Shown piece after piece: positions 29,376-38,371 of a DNA stretch of 42,051 bases. Numbering within the stretch: the stretch's first letter is position 1; each line of letters opens with the position of its first letter. The stretch is taken from positions 1-42,051 of the forward strand of contig JAULTB010000003.1 in NCBI GenBank assembly GCA_038801655.1. Reading direction: 5' to 3'. Source of the DNA: Candidatus Methanosuratincola thermotaenarum. GTDB taxonomy: Archaea > Thermoproteota > Methanomethylicia > Methanomethylicales > Methanomethylicaceae. The notes under the pieces were generated by a model, which worked only from the letters and a program-made list of their open reading frames with translations, had not been told where the DNA came from and ran no database searches. A program made the position numbers and the translations under genes.

Positions 29376-30161
29376 TCAGAACTCGAACTTCCTTATTATG
29401 TTCTTCTCTTCTGCTCCAGTGATCTCCGCTATGACATGGATGTAATTGCCCAGGCCTGAGCTCTCAATCCTGGGCTTAAGAAGCTCGTCTATCTGGAATA
29501 TCCCTGCGGAGTTCGACAATGAAATCCTAACTATCACCGGCTTCTCTGGCGCGATCCCTTCCTGTATCCTCACCTTTTCCACGCTCAGCGCCGAGACCGA
29601 GTGTATGTCGATCTTCCCTGCCTCAAAGGGGAGCCTGGCCCTCCCTTTTTCCATGTCGAGGGCATCTGCCACCTTCACCACGCCCCCTTCCAAAGTCAGC
29701 GGTCTGTGAGGCTCTTCGTGCGATACAATCGCATGCATCACTTCCGAAGTCACAACTGCTGCGCCATGGGGGCTGTAGGCGCCACCAAGTATCGACTCCA
29801 GCGCGTTCATCGCGACAGCCGCGCCGAACAGCTCGTGCCCCTCCCTGGCCACGATCATTCCTGCATCATGGAAGAGGGCTCCAAGGACGACTACCACCTC
29901 CGCATCATCTTTCTCCATTGCATAATCCTTCACTATGCTCGGCACAACGCCGTTTTTCATAAGGATCCTGAGTATCTTAAGAGCCGAATTCGCGACTATC
30001 TTGACGTGCGTGACTCCGTGATCGGTGTACCCGAGCCGCTCGATGGCCATTATGTTCGAGCACTTCCAAATCGCCTTGAGCCTCTCATTTCTCTCGATCT
30101 TCTGGACTATTGCCTTCAGCTTTTCGTTGCTTCCGCAAGGCAGGCTGAAGTCAAGGGACAT
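29376..30161 (-). CDS. HD-domain metal-dependent phosphohydrolase
   Basis: H...HD signature: HGVTHVKIV ... LGALFHDAGM ... HAIVSHE. The start is set at MSLDFSL to avoid overlap with the marC-like gene. Confidence 0.75.
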   Translation of the reverse strand: MSLDFSLPCGSNEKLKAIVQKIERNERLKAIWKCSNIMAIERLGYTDHGVTHVKIVANSALKILRILMKNGVVPSIVKDYAMEKDDAEVVVVLGALFHDAGMIVAREGHELFGAAVAMNALESILGGAYSPHGAAVVTSEVMHAIVSHEEPHRPLTLEGGVVKVADALDMEKGRARLPFEAGKIDIHSVSALSVEKVRIQEGIAPEKPVIVRISLSNSAGIFQIDELLKPRIESSGLGNYIHVIAEITGAEEKNIIRKFEF

Positions 30162-30210
30162 GTTCAGACCTCCATTCAGACAGAGACAGCTCGCCGTCCA
30201 GCCGCCGGAT

Positions 30211-30807
30211 CTACCCTCCGATATATGCTCCAACTAGCCCGCTCCTTATCATGCCTATCGCGATTGCCGATAGTATGAATGCCATTATCCTTGATATAAT
30301 CGTTGAGCCTGCCCTTCCCAGTACCTTCATGAGCTTGTTGGAGGATCTCAGGAGCGCCCACTGCAGGATTACATTCGTTATTATTGCGAAAAATGCCACC
30401 AACGGACCGTTTGGAGGCTGCATCAGGTACATGACCGTGTAGATGCTCCCTGGGCCGGCCATGAGCGGGGTTGCTAGGGGGACTATTGCGACATCTTCCC
30501 TGTTCATCCAGCGCCCCTCCTCCTTGCCCAAGAGGCCTTCGATGGACATTATGAACAGGAGCACCCCGCCAGCTATCTTGAAGTCGTTCATTGATATGTT
30601 GAAAAGATCGAGTATATACGATCCTATAACCGCAAAAACGACTAAAATCACGAACGCAACCTTCACCGAGTCGTTCAGTATTTTGTTCTTTTTCTGCGCC
30701 TCAAAAGAGCTCGTGAAGGCATGGAAGAGCGGGACATTGCCTATGGGGTCAAATATGATGAACAGCGTAAGGAAGCCCTGGAAATATATCCACAAAGTGT
30801 CGACCAT
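30211..30807 (-). CDS. MarC/UPF0056 family integral membrane protein
   Basis: 198 aa with six hydrophobic helices. The N-terminal FIIFDPIGNVPLF motif is typical of MarC-family proteins. Confidence 0.8.
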   Translation of the reverse strand: MVDTLWIYFQGFLTLFIIFDPIGNVPLFHAFTSSFEAQKKNKILNDSVKVAFVILVVFAVIGSYILDLFNISMNDFKIAGGVLLFIMSIEGLLGKEEGRWMNREDVAIVPLATPLMAGPGSIYTVMYLMQPPNGPLVAFFAIITNVILQWALLRSSNKLMKVLGRAGSTIISRIMAFILSAIAIGMIRSGLVGAYIGG

Positions 30808-30866
30808 GCTCAGCCACTTTAATCTCTAACGAAGTTATATATCAGCATTAGCTGAAGAAGATAGTG

Positions 30867-32051
30867 ATGCCTAGTGAAAGGTTTGACAAGATCTGCCCGT
30901 CGCCGATCTCGTTCCTGGAAAAGGGTTGCGCCCCCCCAGTTGGAGTCATAAGGTTCGATGTGGCAGAGCCAGATTTCCCGCCCCCAGAGGAAGCCGTGGA
31001 GGCGACAAGGCATGCCTTGTCGAGCGGCAAGTTCAAGTACAGCCCGAGCCGGGGAATTCCAGAGCTTAGGGAGGCATTGGCAGCCTTCCTAAAATCGACT
31101 CGGCAGATCGAATATTCCATGGACGAGATCCTTGTCACTACAGGGGGCAAGTTCGCGAACTATGCCTTCTTCGCTTCGCTGCTGAGCCCGGGAGACTCGG
31201 TCGTCCTCATAAAGCCTTTCTGGACCAGCTTCAAGGCAGTGCCCGAGATGCTTGGGATAAGGACGGTCGAGGTGTGGGCGACAACGCCTTACCATCTGGA
31301 TGAGGAGGCGCTCAAGTCAGTGGTCGATGGGAGGGTGCGCGCCATCGTCCTGAACTCGCCGAACAACCCCACCGGGGGCATTCTTGGCGAGTCCGATCTA
31401 AGGCTGGTCAGAGATTTGGCAGAGGACCACGACCTGCTTGTCCTATCCGACGAGATTGATTGGGCTTATGTCTACGCCGATAGGCGCTTCGTCTCCCCCG
31501 CTTCAATAGAAGACCTAAGGGACCGGGTGGTAGTGACTGACGGCTTCTCCAAGGTCTTCTGCATGACCGGTTGGAGGGTGGGCTTTGCAGCAGGGCCAAA
31601 AAAACTGGTAGACCGCCTGCACATGGTCCAAGAGCATGCAGTGAGCTCGCCATCAACATTCGCCCAATACGGCTGTCTGCGGGCACTTGAAGTCTACCGG
31701 GAATACCTTGAGAGAAACCTTGCGGCCTGCAGGAGCAACCTGGGGATTGTTTTGGAGAGGTTGAACTCGACCGGTGCGATAGAATGCCCCAAGCCGGAGG
31801 GCGGATTCTATGCCTATCCAAGGATAGACCCTGCCCTCTGTTCCAGCCTGGAATTTTGCAAGGGTCTCCTGGAAAGCGAGGGGGTGGCTGTGATTCCGGG
31901 CGAGTATTTTGGAGACGACAGGAACCGCTTCAGGCTCTGCTATGCAGTCAAACAAGAATTGTTGGAGGACGGCCTCGAGAGGGTAGCCAGATTTGTGGAA
32001 GTCCTGAAGAGCAAAAACCGCCATTCAACAGGGAAGAAGATAAAAAAATAA
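30867..32051 (+). CDS. Class I/II PLP-dependent aminotransferase (aspartate/aromatic type)
   Basis: NSPNNPTG, the PLP-lysine motif FSKVFCMTGWRVGF, and C-terminal RLCYA. Confidence 0.9.
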   Translation: MPSERFDKICPSPISFLEKGCAPPVGVIRFDVAEPDFPPPEEAVEATRHALSSGKFKYSPSRGIPELREALAAFLKSTRQIEYSMDEILVTTGGKFANYAFFASLLSPGDSVVLIKPFWTSFKAVPEMLGIRTVEVWATTPYHLDEEALKSVVDGRVRAIVLNSPNNPTGGILGESDLRLVRDLAEDHDLLVLSDEIDWAYVYADRRFVSPASIEDLRDRVVVTDGFSKVFCMTGWRVGFAAGPKKLVDRLHMVQEHAVSSPSTFAQYGCLRALEVYREYLERNLAACRSNLGIVLERLNSTGAIECPKPEGGFYAYPRIDPALCSSLEFCKGLLESEGVAVIPGEYFGDDRNRFRLCYAVKQELLEDGLERVARFVEVLKSKNRHSTGKKIKK

Positions 32052-32063
32052 AAAAAACAGATA

Positions 32064-32207
32064 TTACTTCGACGAAGCCCTGAAGAAAGCCCCGCAGCTC
32101 GGGCACTTGTAGAGCCCGACTGTAACTGCCTTCTTGCCTTTGGGAGCTAGCGTCCAAGTTTTTTCTGGTTTTGCGACCTCAGTTCCGCATTTTGAACATT
32201 TTGCCAT
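32064..32207 (-). CDS. 47-aa zinc-ribbon protein (CxxC...CxxC), not in the supplied ORF track
   Basis: Manual translation gives [50 protein letters not shown] is at 32207-32205 and TAA at 32066-32064. A+T-rich promoter-like DNA lies upstream. Confidence 0.6.
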   Translation of the reverse strand: MAKCSKCGTEVAKPEKTWTLAPKGKKAVTVGLYKCPSCGAFFRASSK

Positions 32208-32467
32208 TTTTTACCATCTCTGGATTTATCATTATCATTGGTCTGGGTTTAAAAGGTTTACCAAAATCTTCCGCACCGATCTCCCGTAGATTCTGGCGTG
32301 CATGTAGTGACAGTTCTTGCACGCCCCGAAGAATTTTTGTTTACCAGTTTACTTTTATATAAAGAAGTAGGGGGGAAATTTAAAAAATTGCACAATTTGA
32401 TGACCTCATTTTTCCCCAAAAAAAGGAAATGTTATAATGCGCATGCTTCCAATCAGATCTGATCCTA

Positions 32468-32836
32468 ATGACTACTTCGTTTATACTGGACTCGAGCGTG
32501 TGCAACCACAAAAGCAGGGCGGTTGCCATATTCGAGGCCGGATCAATCTCGTTTGTTGTCGAGTCTTCCTGCCCTCTCGTGAATGACTTTGGCAGGTCTT
32601 TATCCTCGTCACCTCTGAAGGTAAGGGAGATCACGAGGAGGATCTGCGAGAACCCGATTTACCTCAAGGCAACCGAGAACAATGTGCACCCGAACTGCAT
32701 TGTGCCCTGTGGCGTGGCGATGTGCGGATGGGCTGAAGCAGGCCTGGTCTCAAAGACGCTCTTGGAGAGGTTCCCTTCGCAGTGCGCCACATACGAAGGA
32801 GGCGGAGGGCGGGAGATCGATCTCAGTAAGCCCTGA
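32468..32836 (+). CDS. Hypothetical Cys-rich protein (122 aa)
   Basis: G/C-ending codon preference resembles neighbouring genes. A TATA-like GTTATAAT sits about 30 nt upstream of the ATG, so the mRNA looks leaderless. The CIVPCGVAMCG cluster is present. No family recognised. The 3' end overlaps the convergent ACT gene by 14 nt. Confidence 0.45.
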   Translation: MTTSFILDSSVCNHKSRAVAIFEAGSISFVVESSCPLVNDFGRSLSSSPLKVREITRRICENPIYLKATENNVHPNCIVPCGVAMCGWAEAGLVSKTLLERFPSQCATYEGGGGREIDLSKP

Positions 32837-33203
32837 TCCCTGCCTCAGACAGTGCATTCTTGGCTTTCGATTCGTCGTCGACCTTCACCACTATCCTGCC
32901 CATGTCCATTGTGTACGCATAGTCGACATTGATGCCTTTCTCGCCGAGGACCTTGACCGCGTTATGGAGATCTTTCATGTCTATTATGATCACTTCAACC
33001 AGGTTCACTGCAGTATTGGCGTTCCTAAGCACTTCTGCAGCCTTCTCCGGGGCATCCAGTATGCACCTCACGATGCCATAGTTCCCCGCCTCGGCTATGC
33101 CCATTGCGAGGACCCTTATCTGGTTCCTTTCAAATAAGTCGATCACATTCGAGAGCCTTCCCGGCTTGTTCTCGAGGAAGATGCTGAACTGCTTGACCAT
33201 CAA
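32823..33203 (-). CDS. ACT-domain protein (PaaK-associated)
   Basis: Two ACT-like halves: FSIFLENKPGRLSNV ... and GINVDYAYT. It lies immediately downstream of the paaK-like gene, a common pairing. Confidence 0.8.
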   Translation of the reverse strand: MMVKQFSIFLENKPGRLSNVIDLFERNQIRVLAMGIAEAGNYGIVRCILDAPEKAAEVLRNANTAVNLVEVIIIDMKDLHNAVKVLGEKGINVDYAYTMDMGRIVVKVDDESKAKNALSEAGIRAY

Positions 33204-33211
33204 AAATCCCC

Positions 33212-34504
33212 CTAAATCTTCCTTAGGTCTATTATCCTTTGAGCTTTTCCTTCGCTCCTTGGCAGCGTCCTCGGCTCTGTGAGCTCGACAGCTGCGCTTA
33301 TGCTAAGCACATCCCTTAGCTCTTCCTCGAGGCGCTTCTGGAGATCCACTATCTCCGTCAGGCTGTCGCTCTTGAAGTCCTCGGAGACCTCCACCTTCAC
33401 AAGCAGGCGATCCAGCGGACCATCCCTGTCGACTACGAGCTGGTAGAATGGCGTTAGCCCCTCGAAGCCCGATATGACCTCTTCGATCTGGCTCGGGAAG
33501 ACGCAAATCCCCCTGATCTTCAGCATGTCGTCGGTCCTGCCAAGTATCTTCTTTATCCTTGCATGTGCTATGCCGCACTCGCAGACCTCGTCGTCCAGTA
33601 TTGTTATGTCGCGCGTCCGGTACCTGAGGAGCGGCATCCCCTCCTTCTCGAGCGTCGTGACTGCCATCTCCCCCTTCTCCCCGGGCTCGAGAACTTCACC
33701 CGTGTTGGGATCGATTATCTCCACTAAGTAGTGGTCCTCCCAGACGTGCAGACCGTTCTTCTTCCTGCACTCTATGGCAACGCCCGGGCCATTGAGCTCT
33801 GACATCCCGTAAATGTCATGCGCGGACTGCATGAACTCCTCCTCCAGGACTTTCCGTGTGCTCTCAGACCAGGGCTCTGCCCCCAATACGCCGACCCTCA
33901 GCTTAAGGTCTCTCTTCGGGGCAATCCCCTCCTCCTTTGCGCTCTCTGAAAGAAAGAGTGCATATGACGGCGTGCACGCCAGCACCGTTGTGCCCAGGTC
34001 TTTCATCAACTTGAGTTGCCTTTTCGTGTTGCCTGTGCTCGCGGGTATCACCTTGGCTCCTAGCCGCTCTGCCCCGTAGTGGAGGCCGAGCCCGCCGGTG
34101 AAGAGACCGTACCCGTAGGCAACCTGCACCACGTCTTCGCTCGTGACCCCGCAGACCTCGAGGCACCTCTTGTTGAGCTCAGCCCATGCGTCTATGTCCC
34201 TCTTGGTGTATGCCACCACTGTCGGGTTTCCCGTAGTGCCTGAAGACGCATGCATCCTTACGATCTTGGACTTCTCGACGGATATGAGCCCGAGCGGATA
34301 ATTGTCGCGAAGATCGGTCTTTGTCGTGAAAGGGATCTTCCTAATGTCCTCAGGACGGAAGTTTGTGATGTCGATCCCTGCCTCCTTCAGCCTTCGCCTG
34401 TAGAAAGGCGAGTTCTCGTAGACCCTGGCAACGACTTCTTTAAGCCTCCTTGCCTGCAGTTCCTTGATCTGCTTTTTATCCATCGTATACGCTTGAATGG
34501 ACAT
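33212..34504 (-). CDS. paaK: Phenylacetate-CoA ligase family (PaaK / F390-synthetase-like adenylating enzyme)
   Basis: AMP-binding motif is MHASSGTTGNPTV, plus YGMSE and the C-terminal DDMLKIRG. Confidence 0.85.
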   Translation of the reverse strand: MSIQAYTMDKKQIKELQARRLKEVVARVYENSPFYRRRLKEAGIDITNFRPEDIRKIPFTTKTDLRDNYPLGLISVEKSKIVRMHASSGTTGNPTVVAYTKRDIDAWAELNKRCLEVCGVTSEDVVQVAYGYGLFTGGLGLHYGAERLGAKVIPASTGNTKRQLKLMKDLGTTVLACTPSYALFLSESAKEEGIAPKRDLKLRVGVLGAEPWSESTRKVLEEEFMQSAHDIYGMSELNGPGVAIECRKKNGLHVWEDHYLVEIIDPNTGEVLEPGEKGEMAVTTLEKEGMPLLRYRTRDITILDDEVCECGIAHARIKKILGRTDDMLKIRGICVFPSQIEEVISGFEGLTPFYQLVVDRDGPLDRLLVKVEVSEDFKSDSLTEIVDLQKRLEEELRDVLSISAAVELTEPRTLPRSEGKAQRIIDLRKI

Positions 34505-34624
34505 ACTGGTCAGCTGGAATTATGGCGGAAACACCAATTTTATTCCTTTTGGCTAAGAATTCTCGACCACCGCCTGCCATACCTTAAAATACCATGCTGT
34601 CTTGGATGATCAGGGGGGATTTGA

Positions 34625-36001
34625 TTGAAGGTTGCTCTTGTCAATCCTCCTGCACACCAAAGTTTCGAAATTCAGTCAGCGCTGGGCTTGAACGCGCCGC
34701 CCTTGGGGCTGGCTTACATCGGCGCCGTCCTTGAAAGGGACGGCTATGATGTGACCATAATTGATGCACCAATCTTATGCGAGTCACAAGAAGGCGTGAT
34801 TAAAAAATTACAGTCGATGAAGCCAGATGTGATAGGAGTCACATCAACAACGCCAAATATAGGAGATTCTGTGAGTTTAATCACCAAAATCAAACAAAAG
34901 ATGCCAGACGCAGTTACAGTACTCGGAGGATGTCACATCACATTCATGCCTGAGGAGACGATGGGCACGTGCCCTGCGATCGATGTCGGGGTGATCGGCG
35001 AAGGGGAAGCCACCATGCTGGAGCTCGTGCGCTCGATCGAGGGCAGGAGACCATTGGAAACAGTTGACGGGATTGCAATTAGGAAGGGGGGGAAGATCCG
35101 AAAGACCCGACCGCGTCGCCTTATCGAGGATCTTGACAAGCTCCCCTTCCCAGCCAGGCATTTGTTGCCGATGGACAATTACACAGCCCTTGGGGAAAGG
35201 ACGCCCATAGGGAATGTGATCACGAGCAGGGGGTGCCCCTTCAGGTGCATATTCTGCGCTTCGTCTAGGCTCTATGGCAACACCTTCCGCGCGAGGAGCC
35301 CGGAGAATGTGTACGAGGAGATCAGTGAACTGGTAGACAGGTACAGGATAAATTTCTTTGAATTTGTAGACGACACATTCACAATAAACAAAAAGCGGTC
35401 TTTCCGATTGGCAGAGCTGCTCCGGAAACTCGACGTCTCCTGGGCATTCGGTTCTAGGGTGGACACAGTCTCCAGCGAAATTCTCCAGGCCTTCAGGCGA
35501 GCTGGGGCACTGATGTTCTACATGGGCATTGAGTCCGCCTCTGAGCGGGTCCTGCGCATAATGAAGAAGGGCATAACGCTGGGGCAAGTCAGATCAGCAA
35601 TCTCCTCCGCCAAGAAAGCAGGTCTGGAGGTGACCGGATCGTTCATAATCGGGACTCCTGGAGAGAGCAAGGAGGAGGCGATGCAGACCATAAAATTCGC
35701 GATCCAATCGGGGATTGACTATGCGCAGTTCACGGCGATGACCCCGTACCCCGGAACGGAGGTTTATGATTTCGCCAAAGCGAACAGTCTCATCGAGACC
35801 GAAGACTGGTCGAAATACACCACGATCAAGCCGGTCATGCGGACTTTCGAGATGACTGCTGAGGAGATCCGCTCGCTAGTCTCGATGGCCTACAGGAAAT
35901 TCTACCTACGGCCGAAGTTCTTGGTCATGCAGGTTGCCAAGAGGCGGATCCTCATGCTTAAGCCGATCCTAAAGCGGTACCTGGTGAAGAGGAGGTCCTG
36001 A
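34625..36001 (+). CDS. B12-binding-domain radical SAM protein (class B)
   Basis: N-terminal KVALVNPP...GLAYIGAVLERDGYDV is a cobalamin-binding Rossmann-like domain. The radical SAM cluster motif is CPFRCIFC. TTG start preceded by GGGGGGAT. Confidence 0.85.
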   Translation: MKVALVNPPAHQSFEIQSALGLNAPPLGLAYIGAVLERDGYDVTIIDAPILCESQEGVIKKLQSMKPDVIGVTSTTPNIGDSVSLITKIKQKMPDAVTVLGGCHITFMPEETMGTCPAIDVGVIGEGEATMLELVRSIEGRRPLETVDGIAIRKGGKIRKTRPRRLIEDLDKLPFPARHLLPMDNYTALGERTPIGNVITSRGCPFRCIFCASSRLYGNTFRARSPENVYEEISELVDRYRINFFEFVDDTFTINKKRSFRLAELLRKLDVSWAFGSRVDTVSSEILQAFRRAGALMFYMGIESASERVLRIMKKGITLGQVRSAISSAKKAGLEVTGSFIIGTPGESKEEAMQTIKFAIQSGIDYAQFTAMTPYPGTEVYDFAKANSLIETEDWSKYTTIKPVMRTFEMTAEEIRSLVSMAYRKFYLRPKFLVMQVAKRRILMLKPILKRYLVKRRS

Positions 36002-36047
36002 GAAGCAAGGTTGCACAGGGAACTCGAGTAGCTTATTGACCATGCCA

Positions 36048-36593
36048 TTATCCGCCAATCGACTTGATCAGCTCCTCCTTTAGGTCCCTCTGCAAAATCT
36101 GCTGGTAAGCGCTTACCGCCTTCGAGGATCTCTGTCCCAAGAGCTTCCTGCAGATCGAGGGGTCCCGCACAGTCTCCAGCAGCCGGATCGCGAAGGCATG
36201 CCTCCAACTGGCGACCCTTATCCTCCTCCCGAGGATCATCTCTGTGTACTTGTGGTTTATGTTGAGCGCCTGCCTGCGGGTCAGCCCGAAGATCCTTTCC
36301 TCTGCTTTCTTGTCCTTTGCATAGTCCTTGAGATATGGCAGTATCGAGGGCATTATCAGAACCTCGCGTGCATCCCCCTCCTGCCCTACACGGGCTATCC
36401 CATGCTGGAAATCAATGTCCCCTTTCCTAATCGAGATCAGCTCGGACGTCTTCATGCCTGTCGTCGGATAGAGGCTCATCAGGACGAAGTCCCTAAGGCT
36501 TATCTCCCTCTTCCTGTACAGGGACCTTATCCTGTCCAGGAACTCGCCGACTTCCGACCATGTTGGGACATCGTCAAGTTTCAGCTTTGCCAT
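36048..36593 (-). CDS. Short tyrosine-recombinase-like protein, catalytic domain only, with degenerate active-site residues
   Basis: Paralogous along its whole length to the next gene. It has TGMKTSE (Arg-I is Lys), ASWRHAF (His-II is Ala, Arg-II kept) and LLGQRS (His-III is Gln). The Tyr is kept in SAYQQI. Confidence 0.75.
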   Translation of the reverse strand: MAKLKLDDVPTWSEVGEFLDRIRSLYRKREISLRDFVLMSLYPTTGMKTSELISIRKGDIDFQHGIARVGQEGDAREVLIMPSILPYLKDYAKDKKAEERIFGLTRRQALNINHKYTEMILGRRIRVASWRHAFAIRLLETVRDPSICRKLLGQRSSKAVSAYQQILQRDLKEELIKSIGG

Positions 36594-36617
36594 TTTTGAT
36601 TACCATCATGCCTTCAG

Positions 36618-37181
36618 TCAGTTTATCTTTATCGCGTCTGAAACCTCTTTCATCCTGTCGCCTATCGTGAAGTCCAGATAGATCTTAACGGTCTCCAGCC
36701 TCGAGTGACCGATCAGCCTCCTGCAGAGCTCAATGTCCCTTGTCTTCTCGAGGATGCGTATCGCGTAGGCGTGGCGCAGGGCGTGGCTCCTGATGCGCCT
36801 GCCCAAAAACCTCTGCGTGTACCTGTGGGTTATGTTGAGCACTTGGCGCCTGCTCAGGTCGAATACCCTATCGCCCTGTACCTGCTTGAAGTACTCCTTG
36901 ACAAATGTCTTCAGGTCCTGGCTGAGGATAGTCTGCCTGGCGAATTCGTCCTTCTTCTTCAGCTGGGTTATTGTAATGATGTTGGTCTCGAAGTCAAAGT
37001 CGGACTTCTTGAGGAGCAGGAGTTCAGACGTCCTTATCCCGGTCGTGGCGAGCAAGCCTATGACGCAGAGGTCCCTGAGCGGTGCCTCGCCTTGCCTGTA
37101 AGCCTTGATCATTGAGCCGACGAGGACCTCAACCTCCCTCCAGGACGGGACGTCCCTCAGCTCCAGCCTCTGCTTGGGCAC
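36618..37181 (-). CDS. Short tyrosine recombinase (phage-integrase family), catalytic domain only, canonical active site
   Basis: TGIRTSEL (Arg-I), a K-rich beta hairpin, HALRHAYA (His-II/Arg-II), and LIGHSRLETVKIY (His-III and Tyr). GTG start with a TTTATA-like box about 40 nt upstream. Confidence 0.8.
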   Translation of the reverse strand: MPKQRLELRDVPSWREVEVLVGSMIKAYRQGEAPLRDLCVIGLLATTGIRTSELLLLKKSDFDFETNIITITQLKKKDEFARQTILSQDLKTFVKEYFKQVQGDRVFDLSRRQVLNITHRYTQRFLGRRIRSHALRHAYAIRILEKTRDIELCRRLIGHSRLETVKIYLDFTIGDRMKEVSDAIKIN

Positions 37182-37232
37182 GCATTACACCCTGTTTCCC
37201 TATTATGTCGGATCGGAGGGTATAAAATCTTT

Positions 37233-37796
37233 TCAAAGATCCAAAACAACATCGAACAAATCCATCAGCTTTCCAAGCTGCAGCCTTTCCTTATCGTTTA
37301 TTCCAGACCCCTTGTCGCCGAAGAAACCCCCCCAGTAAGCAGTCCCAACAAATGTCATCGCCTGGGCCACTGCTTCACCGAGCAGCTCTGCGCTTCCGGA
37401 CTGCAGGTAGATTGTAATGTCGTTCGCAAAAAGCACAGGCGTTGGCGATGCAATGTACTGTGATAAACATGGCTCGATCGCTAAGGCATTCTGCTTGGCC
37501 AGGCACACAACTTCTTCTGCGGTGGAACCTTCGAGTCGTGGTGCAACTATGCGCTTAGGCGCAGCGTATAGTATCCGCGCCCTTGTCGAAGCGGGAATGG
37601 CAAGCCGCCCGCCCACCTTTCTACCCCCCACGGGCTTCTCTTCCGGGGCCATGTCGATCACTGTTATTGCGCCGGGTCCTTCCGACTCGGCAGCCTCAGC
37701 CAGGAGGCGGCTTAGCAGGGCGGTCTTACCTCTCCCGACCTCCCCGCGTATCAGCGTCTTCTTGCCCTTGATCGCCGCGTAGCTAATCCCATTCAA
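37233..37796 (-). CDS. Uncharacterised P-loop NTPase, translationally coupled to thiW
   Basis: Walker A is GEVGRGKTALL, followed about 25 aa later by ITVIDMAPE. There is no ABC signature. The TTG start is preceded by GGAGGGG at 5 nt and overlaps the thiW stop by 14 nt. Confidence 0.7.
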   Translation of the reverse strand: MNGISYAAIKGKKTLIRGEVGRGKTALLSRLLAEAAESEGPGAITVIDMAPEEKPVGGRKVGGRLAIPASTRARILYAAPKRIVAPRLEGSTAEEVVCLAKQNALAIEPCLSQYIASPTPVLFANDITIYLQSGSAELLGEAVAQAMTFVGTAYWGGFFGDKGSGINDKERLQLGKLMDLFDVVLDL

Positions 37797-38307
37797 TTAC
37801 GCCCCTCCTCTTCAGGGCCAAAATTACAAGATAGCCCATTAATGCCCCGGGGACGCTGCTCATCAGGAAAAAGACTGTGAACAGCTGCCACTGGGCAGTC
37901 AGCCCGAGAAATGGGGGCAACTGGGCTGCACCAATGGCTGGCGCAACCAGGAACGCGCTCAGCAAAGCCCCGATCGCTGTGCCCAACGGCTCTGTGAGGG
38001 CTACTGCGTCTTTCCTGACTAAATAATTGTAAACCAAACCGACCACCAATGCGCCTGGGATCCCACCAGGCAAGGCAAAAAAAGTGCCCGTCCCTATGCC
38101 TATCCGTATTATGCCGATCAGCCCGGCCACAATGCCCGCGTTAAGCGGACCGAGCAGGATTCCTGCAACCACATTTACCATATGTTGGAAAGGGAAGACC
38201 TTTGTTGGTCCCACTGGGAATGCCCCTGGGAAAATCGATAAAGAAACACCAAGCGCAACAAATATTGATGAAAGGACTAACCGGTAAGTTGGGGTTTTTA
38301 AATGCAT
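37783..38307 (-). CDS. thiW: ThiW-type thiazole/thiamine-precursor transporter S-component
   Basis: VFPFQHMVNVVAGILLGP ... GTGTFFALPGGIPGALVVGLVY matches my recollection of ThiW, and a TPP riboswitch lies directly upstream. The in-frame TTG at 38364 (GGAGGG 9 nt upstream) is an alternative start. Confidence 0.75.
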   Translation of the reverse strand: MHLKTPTYRLVLSSIFVALGVSLSIFPGAFPVGPTKVFPFQHMVNVVAGILLGPLNAGIVAGLIGIIRIGIGTGTFFALPGGIPGALVVGLVYNYLVRKDAVALTEPLGTAIGALLSAFLVAPAIGAAQLPPFLGLTAQWQLFTVFFLMSSVPGALMGYLVILALKRRGVIEWD

Positions 38308-38371
38308 TATTTTTTTATTCTTGTAATTAGGCTTTTTCTCAAGATTTTGCCTTTTTGAAGCCAAACAGCAT

